NCBI GenBank assembly: GCA_964631645.1
Contig: CAZVYU010000001.1
Coordinates: 5,610 to 65,548, forward strand
From: an uncultured Actinomycetes bacterium
GTDB lineage: Bacteria; Actinomycetota; Actinomycetes; S36-B12; GCA-2699445
DNA length: 59,939 bases
Direction: 5' to 3'
In this document: in pieces, positions 8,440-18,006 of the stretch
Layout of the letters: every line of letters starts with the position of its first letter
How positions within the stretch are numbered: position 1 is the first letter of the stretch
Position numbers and translations under genes: made by a program
Notes under the pieces: generated by a model
What the model saw: the letters and a program-made list of their open reading frames with translations, nothing else
What the model was told of the DNA's origin: nothing
Databases searched by the model: none

Positions 8440-9690
8440 TCAGCTCGGGGCCTCGGACAGGGTCCGCCGGTACTCGGGCACCAACTCCAGCGCGAGCTGT
8501 TCCACGAAGAGGCCGATGTCGGTGACCACCCCCACCGCCTGCGCGGAGCCGCGATCGGACAGTTTGGTGACGGTGGCGGGATTGATGTCGACACACACGA
8601 GCGGGATGGAGGCCGGCATCAGGTTGCCGGTGGCGATCGCGTGCAACATGGTGGCCACCATGATCGAGTAGCCGACGTCGGTCAGTGCGGCTCGCATGGC
8701 GCGCTGGCCGTCGATCACATCGGTGTAGACGTCGGGGAGCGGGCCGTCGTCCCGTACCGATCCGACCAGGACGAACTCCTTGCCCTCCGTCACCAGCGCA
8801 TGCATGATCCCGCCGGTGATGACCCCTTCCTCGACCGCCGCCTTGATCGACCCGGCCCGGCGCACCCGGTTGATCGCCCGTAGGTGATGTTCATGGCCGT
8901 GCTCGACGCCCGTGGCGTCGGACAGGTCGACCCCCAGGGAGGTCCCGTACATGTTGGACTCGATGTCGTGGGTGGCCAACGCGTTGCCGGCGAACAGCAC
9001 GTCGACATAGCCGGCTTTGATCAGAGCCACCATGGCCGGCCCCGACCCGGTATGGACGATCGCCGGCCCGCCGACCCAGAGGATCTTCTTCCCCTGGGCT
9101 TTCACCCGGCGGAAGTCGTCGGCGATGATCCGCACCTGCAACGCCTGTGGTTTCTCGCTGGACACCACCGAGTTCATGAACTCGAAATGGCTGTCGTCCG
9201 GGTTCATCTTCAGCGGTTCGGTGATGACCCGCACGCCGCGCGGTCCCACGATGACCCGGTCGCCGACCTCGATGTCGGCCATGGGTCGGGTGCGCGGCAC
9301 CCCGTCCTCGATGACGATGCCGCAGTCCATCTCGGGGTTCTCCACCGTGACCCACTCACCGTCGATCATGACCTCGGTCTCGAAGTTCGTGGAGGAGTAG
9401 AAACCGAGCGGCAGGCTGCCGGCGACGTCGGCCTCGACGATCTCCGGTTCGCCGGGGTCGAGCAGGTTGGCGCCGAACTCCTGCAACCGGTTCACGACCT
9501 CGCGCAGCAATTCCACGGAGTCGGCCGAGACCATGATCTGCACCCACGACTCGTCCTTGGGCAGCTTGCCGATCTCGAAACGTTCGATGACGAAGTCGCC
9601 CCCGCCCTCGAGGATCTCGTTCAGCACACGGGGCAGCTCGCCTGTGTCCAGGATGTGGCCACGCATCTCGATACGGTCGCTGATGGGCAC
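8440..9690 (-). CDS. TIGR00300 / LOR-SDH-like family protein (ornithine-cyclodeaminase-type, function unverified)
   Basis: 416 aa. The overall pattern (MPISDRIEMRGHILD..., ...WVGGPAIVHTG..., ...FAGNALATHD...) matches my memory of the TIGR00300 family. The assignment needs an HMM check. Confidence 0.55.
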   Translation of the reverse strand: MPISDRIEMRGHILDTGELPRVLNEILEGGGDFVIERFEIGKLPKDESWVQIMVSADSVELLREVVNRLQEFGANLLDPGEPEIVEADVAGSLPLGFYSSTNFETEVMIDGEWVTVENPEMDCGIVIEDGVPRTRPMADIEVGDRVIVGPRGVRVITEPLKMNPDDSHFEFMNSVVSSEKPQALQVRIIADDFRRVKAQGKKILWVGGPAIVHTGSGPAMVALIKAGYVDVLFAGNALATHDIESNMYGTSLGVDLSDATGVEHGHEHHLRAINRVRRAGSIKAAVEEGVITGGIMHALVTEGKEFVLVGSVRDDGPLPDVYTDVIDGQRAMRAALTDVGYSIMVATMLHAIATGNLMPASIPLVCVDINPATVTKLSDRGSAQAVGVVTDIGLFVEQLALELVPEYRRTLSEAPS

Positions 9691-9771
9691 GGAGGGGTCC
9701 TTTCGCCGGGTCGGGTTCAGCCTGCCAGATCGGCGGCCCCGTTGGGGGGCCGCATCCCGTCCGTCGGCCCG

Positions 9772-10353
9772 TCAGACCACGGCGCCGTCGTCGGGACCGT
9801 CGTCGTGCCGATGCCGTTCCTCCATCCGGAAGACCAGCGTGGCGAACCCTCCGATGAACAGTGCCAGCCCCGCTGAGGTCAGGATGCCGGGGAGGCCGAG
9901 CAGCGGAACCAGGATCAACAGCAGTGGCCCGATCAGCACCGCTGCCCATGCCCCCCGCGAGATCCGGTCCCGCGGCCGGGGGACCGGGGGCGGGGGCGGT
10001 GGGACGAACGCCTCACTGTCGTCCTCGGGATGGTCGGCCAGCGGGTCGGCGTAGCCGAACGTTCTGGTGCCGTCGACCAGGCCCCCGGGCAGCCCCGGTA
10101 CCTGGGGCTCCTCCTCGGTGCGCACCAGCCGCCGCGACAGCGGCCCGCCGGTGTCGGTCCGGTCGAGCAGGTGGGGCAACACCAGGCCGATCACCGCCCG
10201 CGCGTGTTCTTCGTCGGCGGCGGCGACGAGGACGTCGGTCGGGGCCTCCGGTTGGGCCTGGATGTCGCTGGTCAGACCCGCGTCGTCGAGGAGTTGCCGG
10301 ACGTGTTCGACCAGCCCGGGCTCGACCGAGCACAAGACCCGCGGGTCGTCCAC
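9772..10353 (-). CDS. Hypothetical membrane protein (small N-terminal alpha/beta domain, poly-Pro linker, two C-terminal TM helices)
   Basis: The start is set at GTG 10353, 1 nt after the upstream TGA (10357-10355). The sequence upstream of that in the track ORF overlaps the hydrolase gene. Contains a PPPPPPVPRP linker and the TM stretch AWAAVLIGPLLLILVPLLGLPGILTSAGLALFIGGFATLVF. Confidence 0.5.
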   Translation of the reverse strand: MDDPRVLCSVEPGLVEHVRQLLDDAGLTSDIQAQPEAPTDVLVAAADEEHARAVIGLVLPHLLDRTDTGGPLSRRLVRTEEEPQVPGLPGGLVDGTRTFGYADPLADHPEDDSEAFVPPPPPPVPRPRDRISRGAWAAVLIGPLLLILVPLLGLPGILTSAGLALFIGGFATLVFRMEERHRHDDGPDDGAVV

Positions 10354-10354
10354 G

Positions 10355-11101
10355 TCAGGAGAGTCGCTCGACGAATGCCAGGCTGTCGGAGAACACCCGG
10401 GCGGCGTCGTTGTCCAGTGTCGCGACGTGGTAGCTGTCGGGCAGCAGTTCCTGATGCCGGTCGATGCTGTTGACGTGTTCCAGGATGTAGTCGGAGTTCT
10501 CCGGTTCGACGACGTGATCGTCCACACTGGTGAAGACCAGTACCGGCTGGTTGATCCGGCCGAGGTCCGGTTTGACGATCGCCCACAACTGGCTCAGGGA
10601 GTAGGCGGCCTTCAGCGGGATCTTGTCGTAGGCCAGTTCGCGCTCCCCGTCGGGCTTCTTGATGTCGTTGGAGATCCCGGGCCACACCGGAACGACCTTG
10701 GACAGGTACGGCAACAGGTGCCGGTCCGGCCGGGTGGTGTAGACCGACGGGTTCAGCAGGACGACGCCGGTGATCTGGTCGCCCCGCTCCTCGGCCAGGC
10801 GCAGGGTCAGGGTGCCGCCCATCGAGAACCCGAAGACGAAGACCCGTTCGCAGGTGTCGCGTAATGCGTCGAACGCGCGGCAGACCTCGGCGTACCAGTC
10901 GGAGTAGGTGGTGCGATTACATTCGGCCAGCGTGGTCCCGTGTCCGGGAAGGCGGGGGACCGACACGGTGTAGCCGGCTTGGGCCAGGTACTCGGCCCAT
11001 GGCCGCATCCCCTGGGGGGTCCCAGTGAACCCGTGCACCAGCAGGATTCCGGTGTCATTCCCTTCGACCGTCATCGGTTCGGCTCCGTCGAGCAGCGGCA
11101 T
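10355..11101 (-). CDS. Alpha/beta hydrolase (monoacylglycerol lipase/carboxylesterase-like)
   Basis: HGFTG oxyanion motif, GFSMGG nucleophile elbow, and a C-terminal ...DSYHV... histidine. Confidence 0.8.
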   Translation of the reverse strand: MPLLDGAEPMTVEGNDTGILLVHGFTGTPQGMRPWAEYLAQAGYTVSVPRLPGHGTTLAECNRTTYSDWYAEVCRAFDALRDTCERVFVFGFSMGGTLTLRLAEERGDQITGVVLLNPSVYTTRPDRHLLPYLSKVVPVWPGISNDIKKPDGERELAYDKIPLKAAYSLSQLWAIVKPDLGRINQPVLVFTSVDDHVVEPENSDYILEHVNSIDRHQELLPDSYHVATLDNDAARVFSDSLAFVERLS

Positions 11102-11205
11102 ATGTCCTCCTCGCCCTGTGGCCCCTTATGGTGGCATGACACGCCGGAGGAACCGCTAAGGTCCCGAGGGAAGGCTGCTCGGCGGCGACAGGAGGGAACG
11201 GCACG

Positions 11206-11901
11206 ATGTTGTACTGGTTCCTCAAGAAGTTCCTACTGGGTCCTTGGCTACGGGTGCTGTTCCGCCCCTGGATCGAGGGCGAGGAGAACATCCCGGCCGA
11301 CGGCCCCGCGCTGTTGGTGAGCAACCATCTGTCGTTCTCCGACTCGATCTTCCTTCCCCTCGTCCTGAAACGTCGGGCCACGTTCCTGGCCAAGAGCGAC
11401 TACTTCACCGGAACCGGCCCCAAGGGCATGCTCAGCCGGCTGTTCTTCGGCGGCACCGGACAGGTCCCGATCGACAGGTCCGGCGGGAAGGCGTCGGAGG
11501 CGGCGCTGACCACCGGGCTGCGCATCCTGGGCAAGGGCGAACTGTTGGCGCTCTACCCCGAGGGCACGCGGTCCCACGACGGGAAGCTCTACCGCGGCCG
11601 TACCGGTGCGGCCCGGATGGCGCTGCACGCCGAAGTGCCCGTCATCCCCGTGGCGATGATCGGGACCTTCGAGGCGCAACCCACCGGCCAGATCAAACCC
11701 CAACTGCGGCGCATCGGCGTGCGCATCGGCAAACAGATCGACTTCTCGCGCTACTACGGCATGGCCGAGGATCGATTCGTCCTGCGCTCGGCCACCGACG
11801 AGATGATGTACGACCTGATGCAACTGTCCGGCCAGACCTACCAGGACATGTACGCGACAGCGGCCAAACAGCAGGCTCGCGAAGCAGCTGCCGGCGCCTG
11901 A
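11206..11901 (+). CDS. plsC: 1-acyl-sn-glycerol-3-phosphate acyltransferase
   Basis: NHLSFSD (HX4D) and YPEGTRS motifs. Syntenic with Rv2182c. Confidence 0.85.
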   Translation: MLYWFLKKFLLGPWLRVLFRPWIEGEENIPADGPALLVSNHLSFSDSIFLPLVLKRRATFLAKSDYFTGTGPKGMLSRLFFGGTGQVPIDRSGGKASEAALTTGLRILGKGELLALYPEGTRSHDGKLYRGRTGAARMALHAEVPVIPVAMIGTFEAQPTGQIKPQLRRIGVRIGKQIDFSRYYGMAEDRFVLRSATDEMMYDLMQLSGQTYQDMYATAAKQQAREAAAGA

Positions 11902-11939
11902 CTTTGGCGCCCCGGGCCGCCGGGCCGTAACCTGCCACC

Positions 11940-13262
11940 GTGACCCTCACCTGGCCGGATCTGCCCGTCGCGCAGGCGATCCCGTGGCCCGACGGCGACG
12001 AGGTCGCGGCTGTGTCGCAGGTGTTGCGGGGGGTCCCGGGTCTGGTGCAGCCCGCCGACTGCCACCTGCTCACCCAGCGGCTCGCGGCCGCGGAGCGCGG
12101 CGAGGCTTTCGTCCTCACCGCCGGGGACTGCGCGGAGACCTTCGCGGCGAACACCGGCGCGTCCATCCGGGCCCGGCTGCGTACGGTCCTGCAGATGGCG
12201 GTGGTCCTGACGTACGGTGGCTCGCTGCCCGTGGTCAAGATCGGCCGGATGGCCGGGCAGTACTTCAAGCCACGCAGCAAGCCTGTCGAGATCCGAGATG
12301 GCGTGGAACTGCCGTCGTACTACGGCGACGCGGTGAACGCTCTCCCGTTCGAGGCGGGCACCCGGCGCCCGGACGCGCACCGCCTCCTGCGGGTGTACCA
12401 GTCCAGCGGCGCGGCCCTGAACCTGATCCGGTCGTTCATGCAGGACGGAAGTGCCGATCTGCGCCAGGTGCACGCCTGGAACCGGGACTTCGTCCGCTTC
12501 TCGCCCGCCGGTCAGCGCTACGACAGCCTGGCCGCCGACATCGACCGGGCGCTGGCGTTCATGAGTGCCTGCGGCGCGGATCCCGAGGAGTTCCGCAGCG
12601 TCGAGTTCTTCGTGGCGCATGAGGCGCTGTCGTTGGACTACGAGCGGGCGCTGGTGCGCGCCGATCCGCTCACGGGGCAGTTGGTGGGCACGTCGGGTCA
12701 CTTCCTGTGGGTGGGGGAGCGGACGCGGCAACCCGACGGTGCGCATGTCGACTTCGCGGCCCGGATCGCCAACCCGGTCGGCGTGAAGATCGGTCCTAAC
12801 GCCCACCCCGATGACGTGCTGGCGCTGGTGGAGCGGTTGGACCCGCATCGGACCCCCGGCCGGCTGACGATCATCGCCCGGATGGGCGCCGGTCTGGTGA
12901 CCGAACGGCTGGGCGACATCGTCGCCAAGGTGACCGCGGCCCAGCATCCGGTGGTGTGGGTGTGCGACCCGATGCACGGGAACACCCGCGAATCGCCCTC
13001 TGGTTTCAAGACCCGTTCCTTCGACGATGTGGTCGCCGAGGTGAAGGGATTCTTCGCCGTCCATCGTGCCCTCGGGACCCATCCCGGCGGGCTGCACGTG
13101 GAACTGACCGGCGACGACGTGACCGAGTGTGTCGGGGGCACCGAAGGGGTCGCCGAAGCAGACCTGGCCGACCGGTACGAGACCGCCTGTGACCCACGCC
13201 TGAACCGCGAGCAGTCGTTGGAACTCGCGTTCACCGTCGCCGAGATGCTTGCGGCCGACTGA
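11940..13262 (+). CDS. aroG: Class II 3-deoxy-D-arabino-heptulosonate-7-phosphate (DAHP) synthase
   Basis: ...GEAFVLTAGDCAETF... and ...WVCDPMHGNT... are hallmarks of type II DAHPS (Rv2178c-like). GTG start at 11940. Confidence 0.9.
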   Translation: MTLTWPDLPVAQAIPWPDGDEVAAVSQVLRGVPGLVQPADCHLLTQRLAAAERGEAFVLTAGDCAETFAANTGASIRARLRTVLQMAVVLTYGGSLPVVKIGRMAGQYFKPRSKPVEIRDGVELPSYYGDAVNALPFEAGTRRPDAHRLLRVYQSSGAALNLIRSFMQDGSADLRQVHAWNRDFVRFSPAGQRYDSLAADIDRALAFMSACGADPEEFRSVEFFVAHEALSLDYERALVRADPLTGQLVGTSGHFLWVGERTRQPDGAHVDFAARIANPVGVKIGPNAHPDDVLALVERLDPHRTPGRLTIIARMGAGLVTERLGDIVAKVTAAQHPVVWVCDPMHGNTRESPSGFKTRSFDDVVAEVKGFFAVHRALGTHPGGLHVELTGDDVTECVGGTEGVAEADLADRYETACDPRLNREQSLELAFTVAEMLAAD

Positions 13263-13263
13263 G

Positions 13264-14289
13264 TCAGGTCCCGCGACCCATCACCGCTGCCAGAGCGGCC
13301 AACGACTGGGACAGATCGCCCAGGTCGTCGGCGGTCAGGGCCTGGGGGCCGTCGCACAGCGCGGTGCGGGGGTCGGGGTGCACGTCGATGATCACGCCGT
13401 CGGCTCCCACCGCCACTGCGGCGCGCGACAACGGGGCGACCAGTTCGCGGCGACCGCCGGAATGGCTGGGGTCGACGATGACCGGGAGGTGGGACAGGCC
13501 CTGGACCACCGGGACGGCCGAGATGTCCAGCGTGTTGCGGGTCGCGGTCTCGAAGGTGCGGATGCCCCGTTCGCACAGGACGATCTCGAGGTTGCCGCGT
13601 TGGGCGATGTATTCCGCGGCCATGAGCCACTCCTCGATGGTGGCGCTCATGCCGCGCTTGAGCAGCACCGGTTTGCCGACGGAACCGAGCGCCTGCAGCA
13701 GCGCGAAGTTGGCCATGTTGCGGGTGCCGACCTGCAGCATGTCGGCGTAGTCCGCGACGACGTCGATGTCCTCGGCGTCGACGATCTCGGTGACCACGGG
13801 CAGGCCTGTCTCGGCCCGGACGTCGGCCAGGATCCGCAACCCCGCCACCCCCAGTCCCTGGAAGGCGTAGGGCGAGGTTCTGGGCTTGTAGGCGCCGCCG
13901 CGCAGGATCGTGGCGCCCAGGGTCATCGCCAGTCGTGCCGCGGCGAGGGTCTGCTCGGGCGTCTCGACCGCGCAAGGACCGGCGATCGTGGTCAGCGTCG
14001 CGGGGCCGATCGGCACCCGGTGGCCAGCCGGACCGACCCACACGGTCGAACGGGCCCGGTGGTGGTCCCGGGACACAAGTTTGAAGGGGGTGGAGATCCG
14101 CACGGTCTCGGCGACGCCGGGCAGGTTCTCGATGTTGAGGTCCAGAAACCGTTCGATGTCCCCGACCAGTCCCACGATGGTCCGCTGTTCCCCCCGGGAA
14201 ACGAAGGCGTCGCCGCCGGAGTCGTTCACGAGGGCCACCACGGCGTCGATCTGTTCGTCAGACGCAGCGGCGTCCATGACCACAACCAT
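13264..14289 (-). CDS. Type I-beta DAHP synthase with N-terminal ferredoxin-like/ACT-like regulatory domain
   Basis: The catalytic-barrel motifs GAYKPRTSPYAFQGLG, LQVGTRNM and IVDPSHSGG are present. They are preceded by a ~70-aa domain (MVVVMDAAASDEQIDAVVALV...) as in Thermotoga-type enzymes. Confidence 0.85.
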   Translation of the reverse strand: MVVVMDAAASDEQIDAVVALVNDSGGDAFVSRGEQRTIVGLVGDIERFLDLNIENLPGVAETVRISTPFKLVSRDHHRARSTVWVGPAGHRVPIGPATLTTIAGPCAVETPEQTLAAARLAMTLGATILRGGAYKPRTSPYAFQGLGVAGLRILADVRAETGLPVVTEIVDAEDIDVVADYADMLQVGTRNMANFALLQALGSVGKPVLLKRGMSATIEEWLMAAEYIAQRGNLEIVLCERGIRTFETATRNTLDISAVPVVQGLSHLPVIVDPSHSGGRRELVAPLSRAAVAVGADGVIIDVHPDPRTALCDGPQALTADDLGDLSQSLAALAAVMGRGT

Positions 14290-14307
14290 GGGTCAAGGCT
14301 ACGCGGA

Positions 14308-16200
14308 TCAGAAGATGCTCAAGGTCACCGTGCTGCCGACGGCGACGCTGGTCCCCGGCGCCGGATCCTGCGAGTAGACCCGGCCCAACGGCGTGACGAT
14401 TCCTTCGTCGGCCTTGACCTTCAGTCCCAGCGCCTTGAGCTGGGCGATGGCGGCGTCCTTGGGCTGGTCCACGACGTTGGGCATCGTCACCGGTGGCGGA
14501 CCTTCCGATACCACCAGCTGCACGGTGTCGCCCCGGAACACGGTGGTGCCCGCTCCCGGATCGCTGCTGATCACGAGCCCCTTGGCCACGGTCTTGGACT
14601 CGCGGGTCGTCACGGAGTACTTCAGACCGTCGGCCGACAGCGTCTGCTGCGCGGTCTCCTGGCCGACTCCCGCCAGCTGGGGGACCTGCACCGGCGCCGG
14701 TCCTTTGCTCACCAGAAGCGTGACGGCGGTGTCGCGCTTCACCTCGGTCCCCTGCTCGGGGGACGTGCCCACCACGGTGCCCTCGTCGATGGCGTCGTCA
14801 TAGACCGACTTCTCCTTGCCGACCTGCAGGTTGGTGGCCGTCAGTGTCGCGGTGGCGTCGGCGGGGGACTGGCCTTTCACCTTGGGTACCGCGTACCGCT
14901 CCGGTCCCAGCGACACGACCAGGTCGACCGTGGAACCGGTGGCGGCACTGCTGCCGCCGCCCGGGTCCGACGAGATCACCACTCCGGACGGGACTTCTTC
15001 GGAGAACTGACGCTCCGCGACCGCCACCTCGAACCCGACGGCGGCCAGCGAGCTGGTCGCCCTGGCCTCCTTGGCGCCGACCACCTCGGGGACATCCGTG
15101 CGATCGAACGGGTTCCCCCCTGCCAGCACCCACCCGGCGCCGGCCGCCAGTAATGCCGCCACCAGCAGCACGACGGCGCCCACGATCCATGGCCGCCGCG
15201 GGTGGCCACCCGCCCGTTCAGTTGGGACCGGCGGGGGCGGGTCCTCGACGCGGACATCCAGAGCGGGCGTGGGAGAGTCCTGCGGGCGTTCCAGGGCAGT
15301 GGTGGTCGTGTCCGGGACGATGACCGTGGTCGGGCTCGGGAACGGTGCCGGGGGCGGCAACGTCGCCCGCAACGTGCGGATGCGGCTCAGGAACTCGGGC
15401 ACCGACGCGATGCGCAGGTCGCGGTCGCGCGCCGTGGCGTCGGCGACCACCTCGGCGATGCCCGGCGGGACGTCGGGACGCACGGAGTCGAGCCGCGGTA
15501 CGTCCGTGTTCACGTGCTGATAGGCCACCGCCCACGGGGTGTCGCCGGAGTGGGGCGGCGCTCCGGCCACCATCTCGAACAGCAGCACCCCCGCCTGGTA
15601 GACGTCGCTGCGTTGGTCACTCTCACCTTCGCTGACCTGCTCCGGGGCCAGGTAGGCCGCAGTTCCCAGCAGGACCCCCTGAGTCGCTGGGGACGGAGTC
15701 TCCAAGGCCCGGGCGAGGCCGAAGTCGGTGACCTTGATGGTGCCGTTGTCGGACACCAGGACGTTCTCCGGTTTGATGTCCCGGTGCATGAAGCCGGCCT
15801 CGTGGGCGGCGGCGATGGCTTGCAGGGCCGGGTCGAGCACGCTCAGCGCCTGCTCACACGACAGTGGTCCGACCTCGTGCATCAGGTCGCGCAGCGTGCG
15901 CCCGGAGACGTACTCCATGACCAGGTAGACCAGGCCATCGGAATCACCCTGGTCGTAGACCCCCACCACATGAGGATGGGAGAGCCGGGCCGCGGCCCGA
16001 GCCTCGGTCTGGAACCGGGCCACGAACTCCGGGTCCTCGGCCAGTGGCGCCTTCATCACCTTGAGAGCCACCGGTCGGTCGAGCCGGAGATCGGTGGCAC
16101 GATAGACCGTGGCCATCCCGCCGGCCGCCAGCCGGGCGTCGACGCGGTAGCGCCCGGCCACGGTGCGGCCGACCAAACCATCGGCGACCATCGTTTCCAT
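14308..16200 (-). CDS. pknL: Ser/Thr protein kinase with four extracellular PASTA repeats (PknL/PknB-like)
   Basis: VALKVMK, HRDIKPENVL, DFGLA and APE motifs, one TM segment (IVGAVVLLVAALLAAGAGWVLA), then four ~65-aa PASTA-like repeats. Start taken at ATG 16200 (METMVADG...). ATG 16191 is equally possible. Confidence 0.9.
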   Translation of the reverse strand: METMVADGLVGRTVAGRYRVDARLAAGGMATVYRATDLRLDRPVALKVMKAPLAEDPEFVARFQTEARAAARLSHPHVVGVYDQGDSDGLVYLVMEYVSGRTLRDLMHEVGPLSCEQALSVLDPALQAIAAAHEAGFMHRDIKPENVLVSDNGTIKVTDFGLARALETPSPATQGVLLGTAAYLAPEQVSEGESDQRSDVYQAGVLLFEMVAGAPPHSGDTPWAVAYQHVNTDVPRLDSVRPDVPPGIAEVVADATARDRDLRIASVPEFLSRIRTLRATLPPPAPFPSPTTVIVPDTTTTALERPQDSPTPALDVRVEDPPPPVPTERAGGHPRRPWIVGAVVLLVAALLAAGAGWVLAGGNPFDRTDVPEVVGAKEARATSSLAAVGFEVAVAERQFSEEVPSGVVISSDPGGGSSAATGSTVDLVVSLGPERYAVPKVKGQSPADATATLTATNLQVGKEKSVYDDAIDEGTVVGTSPEQGTEVKRDTAVTLLVSKGPAPVQVPQLAGVGQETAQQTLSADGLKYSVTTRESKTVAKGLVISSDPGAGTTVFRGDTVQLVVSEGPPPVTMPNVVDQPKDAAIAQLKALGLKVKADEGIVTPLGRVYSQDPAPGTSVAVGSTVTLSIF

Positions 16201-16254
16201 CCCCCCGAGTGTACGGGCGGGCGCCATCCCGGCCCGACTTCGCGAAGGAGAACC

Positions 16255-16560
16255 GTGACCTATCTGTTCGTCCTGGCCTTCATCATCGTCGGCAGCTGTT
16301 GGCTCGAGTTCGTCCTGCGCACCAACGTCTTCCGTCGGTGGCGGCGTCTCCTGGTGACCCTGGTCTGTGCCATGACGCCGTTCATCCTGTGGGATCTGTA
16401 CGCCATCGCGCGAGGGCAGTGGTGGTTCGATTCCGGACAACTGATCGGACTGACCCTGCCCGGCGGGATGCCGCTGGAGGAGTTGCTGTTCTTCCCGGTC
16501 GTGGGGCTGGCCGCGGTGCTGACGTTGGAGGCCGTCCGGTCGGTGCGGGACACCCGATGA
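16255..16560 (+). CDS. crtYc: Lycopene cyclase domain protein, heterodimeric cyclase subunit
   Basis: ~101-aa three-TM protein ending ...PLEELLFFPVVG..., typical of CrtYc/d-type cyclases. GAAGGAG lies 4 nt upstream of GTG 16255. Confidence 0.7.
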   Translation: MTYLFVLAFIIVGSCWLEFVLRTNVFRRWRRLLVTLVCAMTPFILWDLYAIARGQWWFDSGQLIGLTLPGGMPLEELLFFPVVGLAAVLTLEAVRSVRDTR

Positions 16561-16955
16561 GTTACACCGCCATCGCCATCGTCACGGCAATCGTCGTCAT
16601 CGGGATCGATCTGTTCGTGCTGCGCACCCGGATGCTGCGCCGGCGCGAGTTCTGGCTGGCCTACGCGATCATGATCGGCTTCCAGTTCCTGACGAACGCG
16701 GTCCTGACCGGGACCCAGACGGTGCAGTACTCCGACGACACGATCGTGGGGGTCGGCAACGACGTGGCGCCGCCGCCGTTCCTGGGATCGGGCCGGTTGT
16801 TCTTCGCGCCGGTGGAGGATGTCGCCTTCGGGTTCGCGATGGTGCTCCTGACGCTGGCGGTCTGGCAGTTCGCGGGATCCCGGGGGTTGCAGCCGACGCC
16901 GCGCAGTGGCCCGCCGCTGTGGCGCCGCGCCGGCAGCGACACGGCCGCGTCCTGA
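16557..16955 (+). CDS. crtYd: Lycopene cyclase domain protein, second subunit
   Basis: ATG 16557 overlaps the crtYc stop (ATGA). Hydrophobic 132-aa protein with ...FFAPVEDVAFGFAMV..., a PxE(E/D)-type cyclase motif. Confidence 0.7.
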   Translation: MSYTAIAIVTAIVVIGIDLFVLRTRMLRRREFWLAYAIMIGFQFLTNAVLTGTQTVQYSDDTIVGVGNDVAPPPFLGSGRLFFAPVEDVAFGFAMVLLTLAVWQFAGSRGLQPTPRSGPPLWRRAGSDTAAS

Positions 16956-16959
16956 TCTT

Positions 16960-17904
16960 TCAGGGGATGGCGACCGTGCGGCCGCTGCCGTACTGCCGTC
17001 GAGCACGACGGGCCCGACGCCAGGCGGCAGCGGCGACGCGGGCGCGCTCACGGCGGGGGACCCGGGCGCGGGCGCTGAACACCTCGTAGTCGATGGCCGC
17101 CACCTGATCGGCGATGCCGCAGTACAGCACCCGGGCCGTCTCGATGCAGTCCCGGGCCGCAGGATGCAGCAACCCCACCGACGGCTCCGCCTGGCGAGCC
17201 AGTTGGCGCACGTGGTCGACCTGGTACGCCAGCGCGGCGCGCACGTCGTCGTCCACCACCCGGCGCCGGAGCCGTTCGGGCGTAACGTCGAACTCCGCGA
17301 GTTCGGCCAGCGGCAGATAGATCCGCCCCCGGTCCAGGTCCTCGCCGACGTCGCGGATGAAGTTGGCCAACTGGAACGCCTCACCCAGTGCCATCGCACC
17401 CGTCCGCGCGGCTTCGGTGTCGCTCGGTTCCAGGATCGGCAGCATCTGCAGCCCGATCACGGCCGCCGAACCGTACATGTACCGCTGCAGGTCGGCGAAC
17501 GTGTCGTAGTGGTCGACGTCCAGGTCCATGGCCATGGAGTCGAGAAAAGCGTCGAAGGTGTCCTTCGGGATCTGCCAGCGCCGGGCGGTGTCCAGCACCG
17601 CGGCGATCACCGGGATGTGCTGGGTCTGGTCGGTTGCCACCCAGGCCCGCTCGAAGTCACGGCGCAGCGCGTCCAACCGCTGTCGCCGGCCGGCGACCCC
17701 GTCGGCTGCCGGAGCGTCCACGATCTCGTCGGCGTAGCGGGCAAAGCCGTACAGGGCATGGACGAACGGGCGCTTCGCGGGAGGGAGGAGCAGGGTCGCC
17801 AAGTAGTAGGTCCGACCGTGCTCGGCATTGAGCCGCCGACACTCGTCGTAGGCGGCCCGCAGAGCGGGATCGCTGATCCCCCCGGCCGCCGACTCCCTGT
17901 TCAT
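16960..17904 (-). CDS. crtB: Phytoene synthase
   Basis: YGFARYADEIVD and FIRDVGEDLDRGRIYLP squalene/phytoene-synthase signatures. Start at ATG 17904 (MNRESAAGG...). Confidence 0.9.
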   Translation of the reverse strand: MNRESAAGGISDPALRAAYDECRRLNAEHGRTYYLATLLLPPAKRPFVHALYGFARYADEIVDAPAADGVAGRRQRLDALRRDFERAWVATDQTQHIPVIAAVLDTARRWQIPKDTFDAFLDSMAMDLDVDHYDTFADLQRYMYGSAAVIGLQMLPILEPSDTEAARTGAMALGEAFQLANFIRDVGEDLDRGRIYLPLAELAEFDVTPERLRRRVVDDDVRAALAYQVDHVRQLARQAEPSVGLLHPAARDCIETARVLYCGIADQVAAIDYEVFSARARVPRRERARVAAAAWRRARRARRQYGSGRTVAIP

Positions 17905-18006
17905 CGCCGTGATTGTGGCACGCCCCGGGAATCCTGCGGCAATCGTGTGTGATCCCGTGGCACCACCGCTGCGCGCGTGCCACGATGCCGCCAGAGAGGA
18001 GTCCTG

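Noticed and set aside
13249-15153. Very long ORFs antisense to or overlapping recognised genes. Examples: 13249-15153 (+, 634 aa), 30325-32910 (-, 861 aa), 39453-41246 (-), 45122-46747 (-), 46215-47870 (-), 3661-5052 (-), 11838-13097 (-).
   Set aside because: They are shadow ORFs, typical of very GC-rich DNA. Their translations are Arg/Gly/Pro/Asp-rich low-complexity strings without motifs. Each lies opposite a gene with clear family signatures.
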